Part shown: piece after piece, positions 45,061-54,708 of the stretch
How positions within the stretch are numbered: the first letter of the stretch is position 1
Layout: every line of letters starts with the position of its first letter
From: Myxococcales bacterium
GTDB lineage: Bacteria > Myxococcota_A > Polyangia > Polyangiales > SLQV01
Reading direction: 5' to 3'
Length of the DNA stretch: 64,000 bases
Assembly (NCBI GenBank): GCA_007131285.1
Contig: SLQV01000005.1
Location: forward strand, 568 to 64,567
Notes under the pieces: generated by a model
Seen by the model: only the letters and a program-made list of their open reading frames with translations
The model's database searches: none
Told to the model about the DNA's origin: nothing
Position numbers and translations under genes: made by a program

Positions 45061-45566
45061 GGTTCCTACGGTGTATCGGCCGCTTGTTTCGGAATCGCAG
45101 CGAGACGCATCGTCGAGTTGCTGGCATCGCACTTGCGGCGCTGCTTGCGAGACACGCCGCTACGGTAGCGCTCAATCCTGAAAGCGCCGCGCTTTATCTA
45201 GCAGCCACTTCCGGGATTCCGATGAGTTCCGCGTCATTGCTCGCGCTCGCGCTGCCTTATATCGAGGGACTCTGTGCGCTCGCGCTTTTTTTGGGTTTCC
45301 GCACCGACGGCGCGGCCGCGCTGGCCCTCTTGCTATGTGTCGCTATCGCTGCTCTTGTCCTTTGGGAAGGCCTCGCGCAGACCCGAGGCTCCCTGTGGCA
45401 GGCCAGTATGGGCACGTTGCGCCACAACGGGGGATTCCGGCCTTTCTGGGCGGAGTCTGCGCTTGCGCTGATAGCCCTCGAGCCCTGGCGGACGCGCCCA
45501 GGAGCAGCAACGGCGCCGGGAAAGCCCCGTGCCTCTGAGCCAGCCGCTAACAGCTCCGCCGCGTAG
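45057..45566 (+). CDS. MauE/DoxX-like integral membrane protein
   Basis: GTG at 45057 overlaps the rhodanese stop (GTGA) and lies 7 nt after GAGGAGG. Hydrophobic helices GIALAALLA, LLALALPYIEGLCALALFLGF, AALALLLCVAIAALVLW. MauE-like proteins commonly pair with rhodanese domains. The ORF track lists a longer form from 44982. Confidence 0.55.
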   Translation: MRFLRCIGRLFRNRSETHRRVAGIALAALLARHAATVALNPESAALYLAATSGIPMSSASLLALALPYIEGLCALALFLGFRTDGAAALALLLCVAIAALVLWEGLAQTRGSLWQASMGTLRHNGGFRPFWAESALALIALEPWRTRPGAATAPGKPRASEPAANSSAA

Positions 45567-45816
45567 CCACGCCGCCGCACTGCAATCAGACACCCACCAG
45601 CACACGCGCGCACTGCGCCACCTGTCGTGGCTTCCCGCAGCACATGCTCTCGGGGGGGGGGTGCCTAGGCCGCCCGTGCGGGCGCCCACCGGACGGCGCG
45701 CACGCCCTCCCAACTCCGCCTGGATCCGCTCTCTCCGCGATCCCTAAGCTCCGTTGGGGAGGCGCGCAGACCCCTTGCGCCCTGCACACCCAACGCATTA
45801 GAGCTAACAGCTCGAC

Positions 45817-46560
45817 ATGCTCTCCATCGCGTCCGCTTCACATCACATGTATTTGCCTCTCTCTGGGGCATCCAACGTCCTTATTACCGTCGAACATGGT
45901 GGAATATCGACGCCCTTTCCATGGACGCATACCCCGGATATCTCTCCCCTTACCGGCACCCACTGGGCATCCGATTTATACATTGCTCCACTAGCTCTCT
46001 CGCTTGCGGAGCACCTCAACGCTCCGTGCGTCATCGCGCACTTCTCGCGTCTACTTGTTGATCCCAACCGCGCCCCTTCAGCGCCACACTTTATCCCTAA
46101 TCAAGTAGTTGATTCTAAGCATAACATTCGATTTGACCGACCTACACGCGGAGAACGACGAGAGCGTATTCGACGGCTTTATCTACCCTACCACCTCGCC
46201 GTGGATCGCGTCGCACGTCACTATAATTCTGTTACTATTCTATCACTACATTCCTTTACCGATAACTATGGTGGCGTATCACGCATTCACGAAGCCGGTG
46301 TTCTCTTCAACGAGGATGCTGCCGGCGCCGATACATTCCTAGACTCCCTCAGAGACCAGGGCGTTGATGCTCGGCCTAACTGGCCGTACTCAGGCCACGA
46401 TGGCTTCATTTTTAGTGCTGAAACCCACGCTCGAAGACATAACATACGGCACACGGTAGAGATCGAACTTCGGCAAGACCGCCTGCTCGATCCCGACTTT
46501 TCCTCAAGATCACTGAGCGCTCTTTCTAACGCACTCACAGCACTGAGCTGTCGCCTTTAG
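45817..46560 (+). CDS. N-formylglutamate amidohydrolase (FGase) family protein
   Basis: VLITVEHGG...(S)RLLVDPNR...YLPYH...ILSLHSFT blocks typical of the FGase family. The start could be the Met at 45847. The gene is visibly more A/T-rich than its surroundings. Confidence 0.6.
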   Translation: MLSIASASHHMYLPLSGASNVLITVEHGGISTPFPWTHTPDISPLTGTHWASDLYIAPLALSLAEHLNAPCVIAHFSRLLVDPNRAPSAPHFIPNQVVDSKHNIRFDRPTRGERRERIRRLYLPYHLAVDRVARHYNSVTILSLHSFTDNYGGVSRIHEAGVLFNEDAAGADTFLDSLRDQGVDARPNWPYSGHDGFIFSAETHARRHNIRHTVEIELRQDRLLDPDFSSRSLSALSNALTALSCRL

Positions 46561-47131
46561 GAGCACGTTACCTTCCTGAACCGATTGCATCATACGCGTT
46601 GGAAAAAGACGGGATGGGCTCAGTGACCGCCAAACATCCTTATGAAACTGACTTTCGCTCATTTTTTTGACTGCGAACACTCGCGCGCCGTCCGTCAATC
46701 CAACACGTTGCTCGCTTGGCCGCACACCCATGACCCGCTCAATCCCCCTTCAAGCTCAGGATCACTCCCGCCCTGAGTCCCACTGAGATGCTCCGGAGGC
46801 TTCACCAAGCGCCGCGGTGAAACGCCGAAGCCATCATTGCATCCGCGGGCGAGGCGTTCGGAGCGCCCGGCTGTTGGGTCTCTCCCGCTGCCGGCCGAAG
46901 GGCGCTGACCGAAATGACGCTGGCGTTCATCGACGCACCTCGCGCAGCGTATCGCCCCTGGGCCTCGAGCGCGCTTGTAGCCGTTAAGGGGGCCTTTTCG
47001 AGATGCCCCCGGGTTTACGGGAGTGAATCCCGCTAACCCTCCCCCAAAAACCTAAAGCCGGCAAGCGGGGCCCCAACGCCCACTTGCTTCTTTCCGCAGC
47101 GTTTTTGCTTTCTGGACCCCCTGAACGGTTA

Positions 47132-47156
47132 CCCTAACTCACCTGGAGCACCTCGG
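47132..47156. repeat. left copy of a perfect 25-bp inverted repeat (ccctaactcacctggagcacctcgg)
   Basis: Exact reverse complement of 49513..49537, verified base by base. Confidence 0.95.
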
Positions 47157-47307
47157 AGCGTAGAGCTTTCCAAACAGATGTTATCTTCTTGGAGACCATA
47201 CCAAGCTCCTCTCGCGAATCACCGCCATCATCTATTTGACGTGCTTTGATATAGTGTGTCTTTTGTCCGACTTTTTCCTTTACTTCGTGATATTGAATGC
47301 GCAACAC
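47134..47307 (-). CDS. small hypothetical ORF (57 aa from GTG; or 21 aa from the SD-preceded ATG at 47199)
   Basis: Manual translation: VLRIQYHEVKEKVGQKTHYIKARQIDDGGDSREELGMVSKKITSVWKALRSEVLQVS*. The internal ATG is preceded by GAGGAG with a 6-nt spacer. The ORF is below the track's length cut-off. Its last 7 codons lie inside the inverted repeat. Confidence 0.25.
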   Translation of the reverse strand: MLRIQYHEVKEKVGQKTHYIKARQIDDGGDSREELGMVSKKITSVWKALRSEVLQVS

Positions 47308-47339
47308 ACTTGTTTAAATAAGGAAAGGCCACTTGTCCG

Positions 47340-47876
47340 TTAACGGATTCTATTGATGTCGCGATGAATCGTTGAGTATCCAATATAACGCGCGGCAATA
47401 TCGCTTATCGCCTCGCGTTCCGCAGCCGTCAATGCGCGCTTTACTTTTCCCGGATTTCCTGCCACCAAAACGCCTTCAGGTACCACCGTACGTGGCCGAA
47501 TCACTGTGCCAGCCGCAACCAATGATCCGCGACCAATACGCGCTTCATCTAAGACCACCGCGCCAATACCTATGAGCGCATCATCCTCAATGATGCAGCT
47601 GTGCAGCGTAGCCTGATGCCCCACCGACACCCCGCGACCCACCTGCACCGGCGCGCTCCGGAACGTTGTGTGGATAACAACATTGTCCTGGATTGAGCTT
47701 TCTGCGCCTACCTCTATCGCTTCCAGGTCTCCGCGAAGCACGGCGCCGTACCAAACCGAGGCACGTGCCCCCAGCGCAACGCGTCCAATAAGCACGGCGG
47801 TCTCGGCCACGAATGCCTCTGGATGAACGTCCGGCGCGATGCCCTCCAGGGCATAGAGGCGGCCACCGTCGCTCAC
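47340..47876 (-). CDS. gamma-class carbonic anhydrase-like / left-handed beta-helix (hexapeptide repeat) protein
   Basis: FVAETAVLIGRVALGARASVWYGAVLRGDLEAIEVGAESSIQDNVVIHT...VGHQATLHSCIIEDDALIGIGAVVLD. YrdA/PaaY/CaiE-type. Confidence 0.8.
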   Translation of the reverse strand: MSDGGRLYALEGIAPDVHPEAFVAETAVLIGRVALGARASVWYGAVLRGDLEAIEVGAESSIQDNVVIHTTFRSAPVQVGRGVSVGHQATLHSCIIEDDALIGIGAVVLDEARIGRGSLVAAGTVIRPRTVVPEGVLVAGNPGKVKRALTAAEREAISDIAARYIGYSTIHRDINRIR

Positions 47877-49474
47877 GGCAGCCCTCCCGCGATCGCGGTC
47901 GTCAGCGGAAGCCGTCGCTTGCCCTCAGGCGCGTTTGCATGTGCGGCAGCGGGCTGCGTAGCCGCCTGGCCCTCCCCAGCTTCGCTTAAGCGAACGGGAG
48001 CTGGAGGTGACGCGAGCAGAACCAGCGGCTTGGCCTTCACACTCCGCGCACCCGCGGACTCAACACGGGCGCGGACAAGCGCGCCCTCGGCCAGCACCGC
48101 GGCGTTGAGTGCTGAAGCAGATGGCTCGCTCGATGAGGGCGCACTCAAGTGAACAATTTCATTCCGCTGCGAGCGCCCCTGCCAGAGTCCTTCATTGCTT
48201 TTTCCACGGCTCTCAATCAGCACATCTACTTCGGATCCAACAAGACCTGCGAGGTGACGTGCCTGCACTCTATCCGCAACTTCAAATAGTTTCGCTAAAC
48301 GCGCTTCCTTGACATCTTCCGCAACAGCTAGATCCTCGAAATTAAGGGCAGGCGTGTGCGGCCTCGGCGAGTATTTAAACGCATATACGCTCGTGAATTC
48401 CACCTCTTCAACAAGTGATAACGTCTCCGCAAAGTCCGCATCTGTTTCACCTGGAAAACCGACGATTAGGTCCGTCGAGAATGTCATATTGGGACGCGCA
48501 AGTCTCAGTGAAGCGATGCTTTCCAGATATTGGGCGCGTGTATACCGCCGCAGCATGCGCCGCAACATGCGATTTGAACCCGACTGAACTGGGAGATGCA
48601 CATGGTCAGGAAGAAGATCCAAGTCGTGGTAGGCATCTAGCAACGCTTCAGTGATATGCCTCGGGTGCGGCGATGTGTAGCGAAGACGTAGCAAATCGGG
48701 CACCTCTTCTGCGATAAGTCGCAGCAACTGTGCAAAGTGAGATGGCGCTTTGCTTGAGCCTTGCATTCGAGGAACAGAACGCATCTGCGAGGCTATATCA
48801 AGGGAAGTACAATCGTTATCCTGTGACGTTAGGGTGACCGGTTCGTGCCAGGAGTTGACGGTTTGTCCGAGCAGCGTGATTTCGCGAGCGCCCCGGCGAA
48901 CCCAGTGCTTGCACTCCGACACGATGTCCGCCGCAGGACGGTAGCGTTCGCTGCCTCGGGTGTAGGGTACGATGCAGAAGGTGCACCGCTCGTCGCAACC
49001 CTTCATCACCGTCACAAAGGCGGTGGGGCCGCTTGCCTTTGTCGGTGCTGCGTCCACCACCGGCGACAGGAACGTGGGCGCGTCGTAGTCGAACGCCACG
49101 GCAATGCGGGGTGGCGCGCCTTGTTCGATCTCGGCGAGGAGCACGGGAAGCTCGTGAATACGGTCCGGACCAAAGACGACATCGACCCAAGGCGCACGGC
49201 GAATAATGGCGCTGCCTTGATGCGAGGCGACACAGCCCGCGACGGCGATTTGGCGCCCGGGCCGCGCCTCTTTCCAGTCTCGCAGCCGACCCAGCATCGA
49301 GAAAAGCTTGTGCTCGGCCTTCTCGCGCACGCTGCAGGTGTTGACCACCATAACATCCGCAAGCGCGGCTTCAGGCTCAGCCCCGTAGCCATGCGGCTCT
49401 AGCACATCGAAGATGCGCTCAGAATCATGGGTATTCATTTGGCAGCCGAAGGTTTGAACGTGCAGCCGAGGCAT
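47873..49474 (-). CDS. miaB: tRNA-2-methylthio-N6-dimethylallyladenosine synthase (radical SAM methylthiotransferase) with about 80-aa C-terminal extension
   Basis: LHVQTFGCQMNTHDSERI, radical-SAM CDERCTFCIVPYTRGSERY, TRAM-like region, then an Ala/Pro-rich tail. Confidence 0.88.
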   Translation of the reverse strand: MPRLHVQTFGCQMNTHDSERIFDVLEPHGYGAEPEAALADVMVVNTCSVREKAEHKLFSMLGRLRDWKEARPGRQIAVAGCVASHQGSAIIRRAPWVDVVFGPDRIHELPVLLAEIEQGAPPRIAVAFDYDAPTFLSPVVDAAPTKASGPTAFVTVMKGCDERCTFCIVPYTRGSERYRPAADIVSECKHWVRRGAREITLLGQTVNSWHEPVTLTSQDNDCTSLDIASQMRSVPRMQGSSKAPSHFAQLLRLIAEEVPDLLRLRYTSPHPRHITEALLDAYHDLDLLPDHVHLPVQSGSNRMLRRMLRRYTRAQYLESIASLRLARPNMTFSTDLIVGFPGETDADFAETLSLVEEVEFTSVYAFKYSPRPHTPALNFEDLAVAEDVKEARLAKLFEVADRVQARHLAGLVGSEVDVLIESRGKSNEGLWQGRSQRNEIVHLSAPSSSEPSASALNAAVLAEGALVRARVESAGARSVKAKPLVLLASPPAPVRLSEAGEGQAATQPAAAHANAPEGKRRLPLTTAIAGGLP

Positions 49475-49512
49475 GGGTGCACGTTAGCACGACCGACGGC
49501 CTGTGAATCTCC

Positions 49513-49537
49513 CCGAGGTGCTCCAGGTGAGTTAGGG
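49513..49537. repeat. right copy of the perfect 25-bp inverted repeat (ccgaggtgctccaggtgagttaggg)
   Basis: Exact reverse complement of 47132..47156. Lies 39 nt upstream of the miaB start codon. Confidence 0.95.
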
Positions 49538-49868
49538 CCGGAAGTCTATGCCGCTAGTTGTTGGGTTTCGCGTAAGCGCGCGTAAGCGTTTAGGGGTCTT
49601 ATCTAGCTAACATGCGTCGGGAAAGAGCAAGTAGCTGCTTGGGCCCCACGCGCAGCTCTAACGCGGTGAAGGAAGAGATTGAGCACGGCGGCGGCCGGGA
49701 GAGGGCGGCCGCGTTCCATCGCGTTGGGTCGCGGCGAGTGCATGGGATTGCCTCTTGCGGCACCTCACTTTACCCTCGAGCATCAGTGCGGGCAGCTCAA
49801 GAAACCGCCTGCGCAGGCTGAGGACGAAACCGGACGGATGGGCTAGGAACGAAAAGGTGGAGGTAGTA

Positions 49869-51260
49869 ATGGGCGTGCGGCAGGAAAGCGATTCGATGGG
49901 AACCCTCGAGGTGCCGGCGGAGGCATACTACGGCGCGCAAACCGCGCGCAGCATGATCAACTTCGACATCGGTGAGGAGCGCATGCCGCTGCCGCTCGTC
50001 CGTGCCTTCGCTCACCTCAAGCGCGCGGCGGCGCAAGCAAACCTCGAGCTTGGCAAGCTGCAACCGGCGGTTGCCACGGCCATCTGTAGGGCGGCAGACG
50101 AGGTGATTTCCGGCAAGCTCGACGGCCACTTTCCGCTGCGCGTTTGGCAGACAGGGTCGGGAACACAGAGCAACATGAACGTCAACGAGGTCATCGCTAA
50201 TCGCGCCATCGAACTCGAAGGCGGTGTTCTCGGCTCGAAGCAGCCAGTCCATCCCAACGATCACGTCAATGCTTCCCAGTCCTCGAACGACACCTTTCCA
50301 ACGGCGATGCACATCGCCGCACTTGTCGAGGTGGAGCGCACGCTCGTGCCCGCGCTGGACCCACTCATCGCCACGCTTGATGCGAAGGCAAAAGCCTTCG
50401 CAAGCATCGTCAAGATTGGGCGCACGCATTTGCAAGACGCGACGCCCATCACCCTTGGCCAAGAAATCTCCGGGTGGGTTGCTCAGCTCAGACACGCGCG
50501 CCACGCCATCCTCAGCACCCTCGAGCCGCTGCGTGACCTGGCCATCGGCGGAACCGCCGTAGGCACCGGTCTCAATGCGCACCCCGACTTCGGTACGAGG
50601 GTCGCAAATCACCTCACCACAGCCGTAGGCACTCGCTTCCACAGTGCGGAGAACAAGTTCGCGCTGCTCGCCGCGCATGATGCCTTCGTGCTGGCAAGCG
50701 GGGCCCTCAAGCAGCTTGCAGCGGCGCTGATGAAGCTTGCCAACGACGTGCGCTGGCTGGCGTCCGGGCCGCGCTGCGGCATCGGCGAGATTCGCATTCC
50801 CGAAAACGAGCCCGGCTCGTCGATCATGCCCGGCAAGGTAAACCCGACGCAGTGCGAAGCCATCACGATGGTCGCCTGCCAGGTGATGGGCAACGACGCG
50901 ACCATCGGCTTTGCAGCCAGCCAGGGCAACTTCGAGCTGAACGTCTTCAAGCCGGTTATCGCCAATGCCTACTTGCAGTCCGTGCGCCTGCTTGCGGACA
51001 GCATGCGCTCCTTCAACGCGCACTGCGCCGTGGGCATTGAGGCGGTGCCGGATACCATCAAGCGCAACCTCGACGGCTCGCTGATGCTCGTCACCGCGCT
51101 CAATCCACACATCGGTTATGACAATGCCGCCAAGATAGCGAAGCACGCCTTCGCCCATGGCCAGACGCTGAAGGCCGCTGCCGTCGAGCTTGGACTTGTG
51201 AGCGCCGAAGACTTCGACCGCTGGGTCAAGCCGGAAAACATGACCTCGCCCAGCGCGTAG
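49869..51260 (+). CDS. fumC: class II fumarate hydratase
   Basis: [39 protein letters not shown], signature [18 protein letters not shown] 49869 is preceded by GGTGGAGG; the ORF opens at 49755. Confidence 0.93.
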   Translation: MGVRQESDSMGTLEVPAEAYYGAQTARSMINFDIGEERMPLPLVRAFAHLKRAAAQANLELGKLQPAVATAICRAADEVISGKLDGHFPLRVWQTGSGTQSNMNVNEVIANRAIELEGGVLGSKQPVHPNDHVNASQSSNDTFPTAMHIAALVEVERTLVPALDPLIATLDAKAKAFASIVKIGRTHLQDATPITLGQEISGWVAQLRHARHAILSTLEPLRDLAIGGTAVGTGLNAHPDFGTRVANHLTTAVGTRFHSAENKFALLAAHDAFVLASGALKQLAAALMKLANDVRWLASGPRCGIGEIRIPENEPGSSIMPGKVNPTQCEAITMVACQVMGNDATIGFAASQGNFELNVFKPVIANAYLQSVRLLADSMRSFNAHCAVGIEAVPDTIKRNLDGSLMLVTALNPHIGYDNAAKIAKHAFAHGQTLKAAAVELGLVSAEDFDRWVKPENMTSPSA

Positions 51261-51271
51261 TTGTCAGCGCG

Positions 51272-51814
51272 CTAGTCGCTGACGAAGCCGAAGCGCAAAA
51301 GCGGGGGGAACGCCACGTCGCAAGATGAGGCATTGCGCTCGTTTTCGCCCGAACCGGGCGGGGAGACGCCCTCCAAAACCGGGACACGCCGCTCTGCCAG
51401 GATGTTGTCCTCGCTGAAGCTCGGAAAGTGGATGGAATCAAGGTCATCACCGAAGAGCGTGGCGCATTCGATGACGCCTGCTGCGATTTCCTCCTTCAGG
51501 GATTTCACTTCGGCTATCACCTCGCCTTCAGTGGGACACTCCAGGAAGGAGAGGCGCGCGTCGAGCAGCACACCGAACGCCGACTTGCCGCAAAGCTGAG
51601 CAAGCACGCTGGACCTGCCGGACCAAAGGGCCCCTTTGACGCGCGGCTCGTAACGCAGCTTAACAAGGCAGCCGTCGGCACAAAGCTCGTTGCGGACGGA
51701 AGCGTCAATCAACACCTGCGCGTCCAGACTGGCCACTTCTTGGCAGGCGCTCACGCAAAGCGAGCAGACGCCCAGCACCATGGTAATGACGGCGGTTCGC
51801 GTGGGCGCGCTCAT
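51272..51814 (-). CDS. hypothetical Cys-rich lipoprotein
   Basis: Signal plus lipobox VLGVCSLCVSAC. 4-nt overlap with the upstream gene. No family recognised. Confidence 0.5.
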   Translation of the reverse strand: MSAPTRTAVITMVLGVCSLCVSACQEVASLDAQVLIDASVRNELCADGCLVKLRYEPRVKGALWSGRSSVLAQLCGKSAFGVLLDARLSFLECPTEGEVIAEVKSLKEEIAAGVIECATLFGDDLDSIHFPSFSEDNILAERRVPVLEGVSPPGSGENERNASSCDVAFPPLLRFGFVSD

Positions 51815-52356
51815 AGGATCACCGCCTCAAGGTCAGTCTTGGTGTCGTCGGACCGAGAGCCGGAGCGGCAGTCACTGGGGCGCTCCCAAACTGCCACGCT
51901 TGACGTAGCGACGAGACGGCTGGTGCGCGCGTCGACCGCTTCGGGCAAGTCCGCCGTGCCGCATACCGGGACCGCCTCATCGGTCTCGTAGATGAAGGCC
52001 TGAAACGCAGCGTTTTTGGGGCAGTTTCTGCGCTCTGCTTGGTAGACGTAGCCGGCCGTGCCCGCGTCTGAAGGACAGAGACGCATCAGCACCTTGCGCG
52101 CATGCTTGCGGCCACCCACTTCGCCGTCTTCAATGACCAGCAGGTGACCCTTGCCCGGGGCAAGCGTGCTCTGCCGGCTTTCAGCGATGGATACGGTCAC
52201 CGAGATGGCGTGCTCCGTATCGGGGCGGCCGCCGAAACACGCGGCCAGCGCCAAAGGTGCAACCACTAGCGTATGCCAGCCACCTAGGCCTGAACGGGCG
52301 GCATTTTTAGCTCGACGCTTGAGCGGATTTAAGCGCGATACCGGCACGTGTTCCAT
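51811..52356 (-). CDS. hypothetical Cys-containing lipoprotein
   Basis: Signal plus lipobox VVAPLALAACFGG. No family recognised. Confidence 0.5.
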   Translation of the reverse strand: MEHVPVSRLNPLKRRAKNAARSGLGGWHTLVVAPLALAACFGGRPDTEHAISVTVSIAESRQSTLAPGKGHLLVIEDGEVGGRKHARKVLMRLCPSDAGTAGYVYQAERRNCPKNAAFQAFIYETDEAVPVCGTADLPEAVDARTSRLVATSSVAVWERPSDCRSGSRSDDTKTDLEAVIL

Positions 52357-52733
52357 CGGTTGTGTTCTCCCTTACTGTAGTTGTCTCATGCCCCAAAGAC
52401 GGCTTTGGCCGCTTCCTCGCGCGGTGGCACGGCGATACTTGCATTCACCACACGAGCGACTCGAACGCAGTAGCAAAGGATGCGCCATGCCTTAATGGCT
52501 GTGATTTCATGCATGTAGGGTGACTTATGCGACATCGCGCGTCGCCCTAGAGGCGCTGCGGGACTGCGCTCAGACCTGCGAGCGCCGCAAAAACGTCAGC
52601 ATTTTCCCGACTTTGCCGGGCAGGTATGGCGCTGTGTGCACCGTGACATCGGCGTCATGGCGGGTCAGCCAGCGCAGGCGTCGCTACGCCCGAGAAGCCT
52701 GCCGCGCACGACCAGTGCGGCAAACCTTGCCGC

Positions 52734-54356
52734 CTAGCTTAGCAAGCGCAGCAACGGGCCCGAGAAGGCGGCAACGACGAGCAAAAGGACAAAGTATGCG
52801 ATTAAAAGCAGGTAAGTGCGCAGCCATGGCTTCTCCTCGGCAAGCGCTTCTGTCGGGTTAAACTGCGTGCCGACTAGGCGTTCTTTCGGGGCAGATGGCA
52901 GCCATAGACTCACCAGCATCGCCACCGCAACGGCGACAACCACACCTGTGACATTCCACCACATCCAGAAGAGACTGCGCAGGCCAAGCCAAAGGATCAG
53001 GTTGACCGCTACGCCAACGAAGAGTCCCCAAAGCACCGCCGGTCCCGTTGCGCGTTTCGACAGCAGGCCCACGAGAAAGACCGCGAGCATCGGTCCGTAG
53101 AAGAGCGAACCCACCATGTTGATGCTCTCGACCACCGTCGAACCTGGCTCGGAGATGCCGTGTATGAAGAAGCCGAAGGCGGTGATGATGCTGCCCCAGA
53201 CAAATGTGGTGAGGCGCGAGAGACGCAAGGCCGTGCGCGTCGTTAGCGTGCGCCCGGAATGACGGCAGTAGGGAACGACTAAGTCATTCATCGTCGAGGC
53301 GGAGAGCGAGTTGAGGTAGGAGTCGAGGGTGGACATGGCCGCCGCCATCACCGCCGCAAAGATGAGGCCGCGCAAGCCCATCGGTAGACGCTCCAGCACG
53401 AAGACGGGAATCATCGCGTCGACGCGGCCGCCGGGGAGCGCCTCCATCAGTGAGGCATCGGTGCGGAAAATGCTGCCGACGCACAAGCCCATGATGAGGT
53501 AAGCCAGCGTCAGGGGGAAACGCGCAAAGCCGTTGAGCACGAGCGAGCGCTTGCTGTCGGCGATGGTCGGCGCCGAGAGACAACGCTGCATCTGGCTCTG
53601 GTCCACGCCGTAGTAGGACATGTAGAGGAAGAAGCCGCCCACGAGGAAGCCCCAAAGGGGCGCGCGTGAGCCGTCGCCGATGCCGTGTTCCAGACGTAGA
53701 CCGTCGAGGCGTTCCGGGGGGAAAGCAGCAATGACCTGGGCAACCGAGCCCTGCTCAACAAGCGAGAAGGCGATGCAGGCAAAGATGCCCAGCAGGAGGA
53801 TGCCCATCTGCACGACGTCCGTCCAGACCACCGCGGTCATGCCGCCCATGCTGTCGTAGATGATGGTGACAACGCCGACGAGAATCATGCAGGTTTCAAT
53901 GGACAGCCCAAGGCACGTGGAGAGCACGACGGCGCTGGCGTAAATGCCGACGCCCGCCGCAAGACCGCGGGAGAGCAGGAAGATAACCGCCATCACCCGG
54001 CGAGAACGGCCATCGAAACGCTGTTCGAGGTAACCGTAAACGCTGACGAGGTTGAGTTCGCGGAAGCGGCGGATCATCAGGATCATCACCGCGCCCATCG
54101 CCAGAGGCATCGCGAGTTCGTACTGCAACCAGGTCATGCCGCCCCCGGCCACAAGGGCGACGAAGGCAGGAATGCCGACGAAGGAGTTGGCGGAACTCTG
54201 CGTCGCCATCGTGGAGATGCCGACCGCCCACCAGGGTAGCCGTCGACCGCCTACGTAGTAGTCATCCGGCGAAAGTTGCTGCTTAGACAGCTTAAGGCTG
54301 AAGCCGATAACACCGGCCAAATAGAGAGTGATCACGCCCCAGTCGACCGGTGTCAT
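52734..54356 (-). CDS. sodium:solute symporter (SSF) family transporter
   Basis: DYYVGGRRLPWWAVGISTMATQSSANSFVGIPAFV and about 13 hydrophobic helices. Substrate unknown. Confidence 0.85.
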   Translation of the reverse strand: MTPVDWGVITLYLAGVIGFSLKLSKQQLSPDDYYVGGRRLPWWAVGISTMATQSSANSFVGIPAFVALVAGGGMTWLQYELAMPLAMGAVMILMIRRFRELNLVSVYGYLEQRFDGRSRRVMAVIFLLSRGLAAGVGIYASAVVLSTCLGLSIETCMILVGVVTIIYDSMGGMTAVVWTDVVQMGILLLGIFACIAFSLVEQGSVAQVIAAFPPERLDGLRLEHGIGDGSRAPLWGFLVGGFFLYMSYYGVDQSQMQRCLSAPTIADSKRSLVLNGFARFPLTLAYLIMGLCVGSIFRTDASLMEALPGGRVDAMIPVFVLERLPMGLRGLIFAAVMAAAMSTLDSYLNSLSASTMNDLVVPYCRHSGRTLTTRTALRLSRLTTFVWGSIITAFGFFIHGISEPGSTVVESINMVGSLFYGPMLAVFLVGLLSKRATGPAVLWGLFVGVAVNLILWLGLRSLFWMWWNVTGVVVAVAVAMLVSLWLPSAPKERLVGTQFNPTEALAEEKPWLRTYLLLIAYFVLLLVVAAFSGPLLRLLS

Positions 54357-54708
54357 AGGCGGACGTTCCTAGCACATCGCAAGGCGGCCCGTACACAACT
54401 CGCAGTGCGCCCGCTCTCCCCCTAAATCCTGCCGCCGGCCAAGTGTCGCCTTTAACTTCAACGTAATAATACGCTTCAGCCTAGGGTTGCTTCTTTTCAG
54501 CCGTACGTTCGCCTCTCACCGGCAGCCCTCATTCATTCAACGCAGGGTTCCGGCGGGCGCGAGGCTGCGGGGTCCGCCGAGGGCATCGGGGACCCGAAGT
54601 TGGGTACGGAGCAGCGCGCAGTAGGCATTTCTGGGGGGATCCACCTGCGGACACCGCGCGCCGGGACGCTGCCGCCCACGCCCTCTACCCGTCGCCCCCG
54701 GCCGCCGG

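Noticed and set aside
45652-45661. G10 homopolymer in the spacer upstream of the FGase-like gene (possible phase-variation tract)
   Set aside because: At this base composition, a run of 10 G or C is expected roughly once in a window of this size by chance. It is not in a coding region or at an obvious promoter spacer.
47145-47153. The inverted-repeat arm reads CAGGTGAGT on one strand, identical to the eukaryotic 5' splice-donor consensus
   Set aside because: This is a curiosity only. There is no spliceosome in bacteria, and it does not match the group II intron 5' consensus (GUGYG). It carries no functional meaning.
49569-49588. Tandem duplication cgcgtaagcg x2 between miaB and fumC
   Set aside because: It is only two copies of a 10-mer of low complexity in a GC-rich spacer. 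That is not enough to call a regulatory element.
49797-51158. 453-aa ORF on the minus strand
   Set aside because: It is fully antisense to fumC, which carries unmistakable fumarase motifs ([15 protein letters not shown]). Its translation is Arg/Gly/His-rich with no recognisable family. This is a typical shadow ORF of high-GC DNA.
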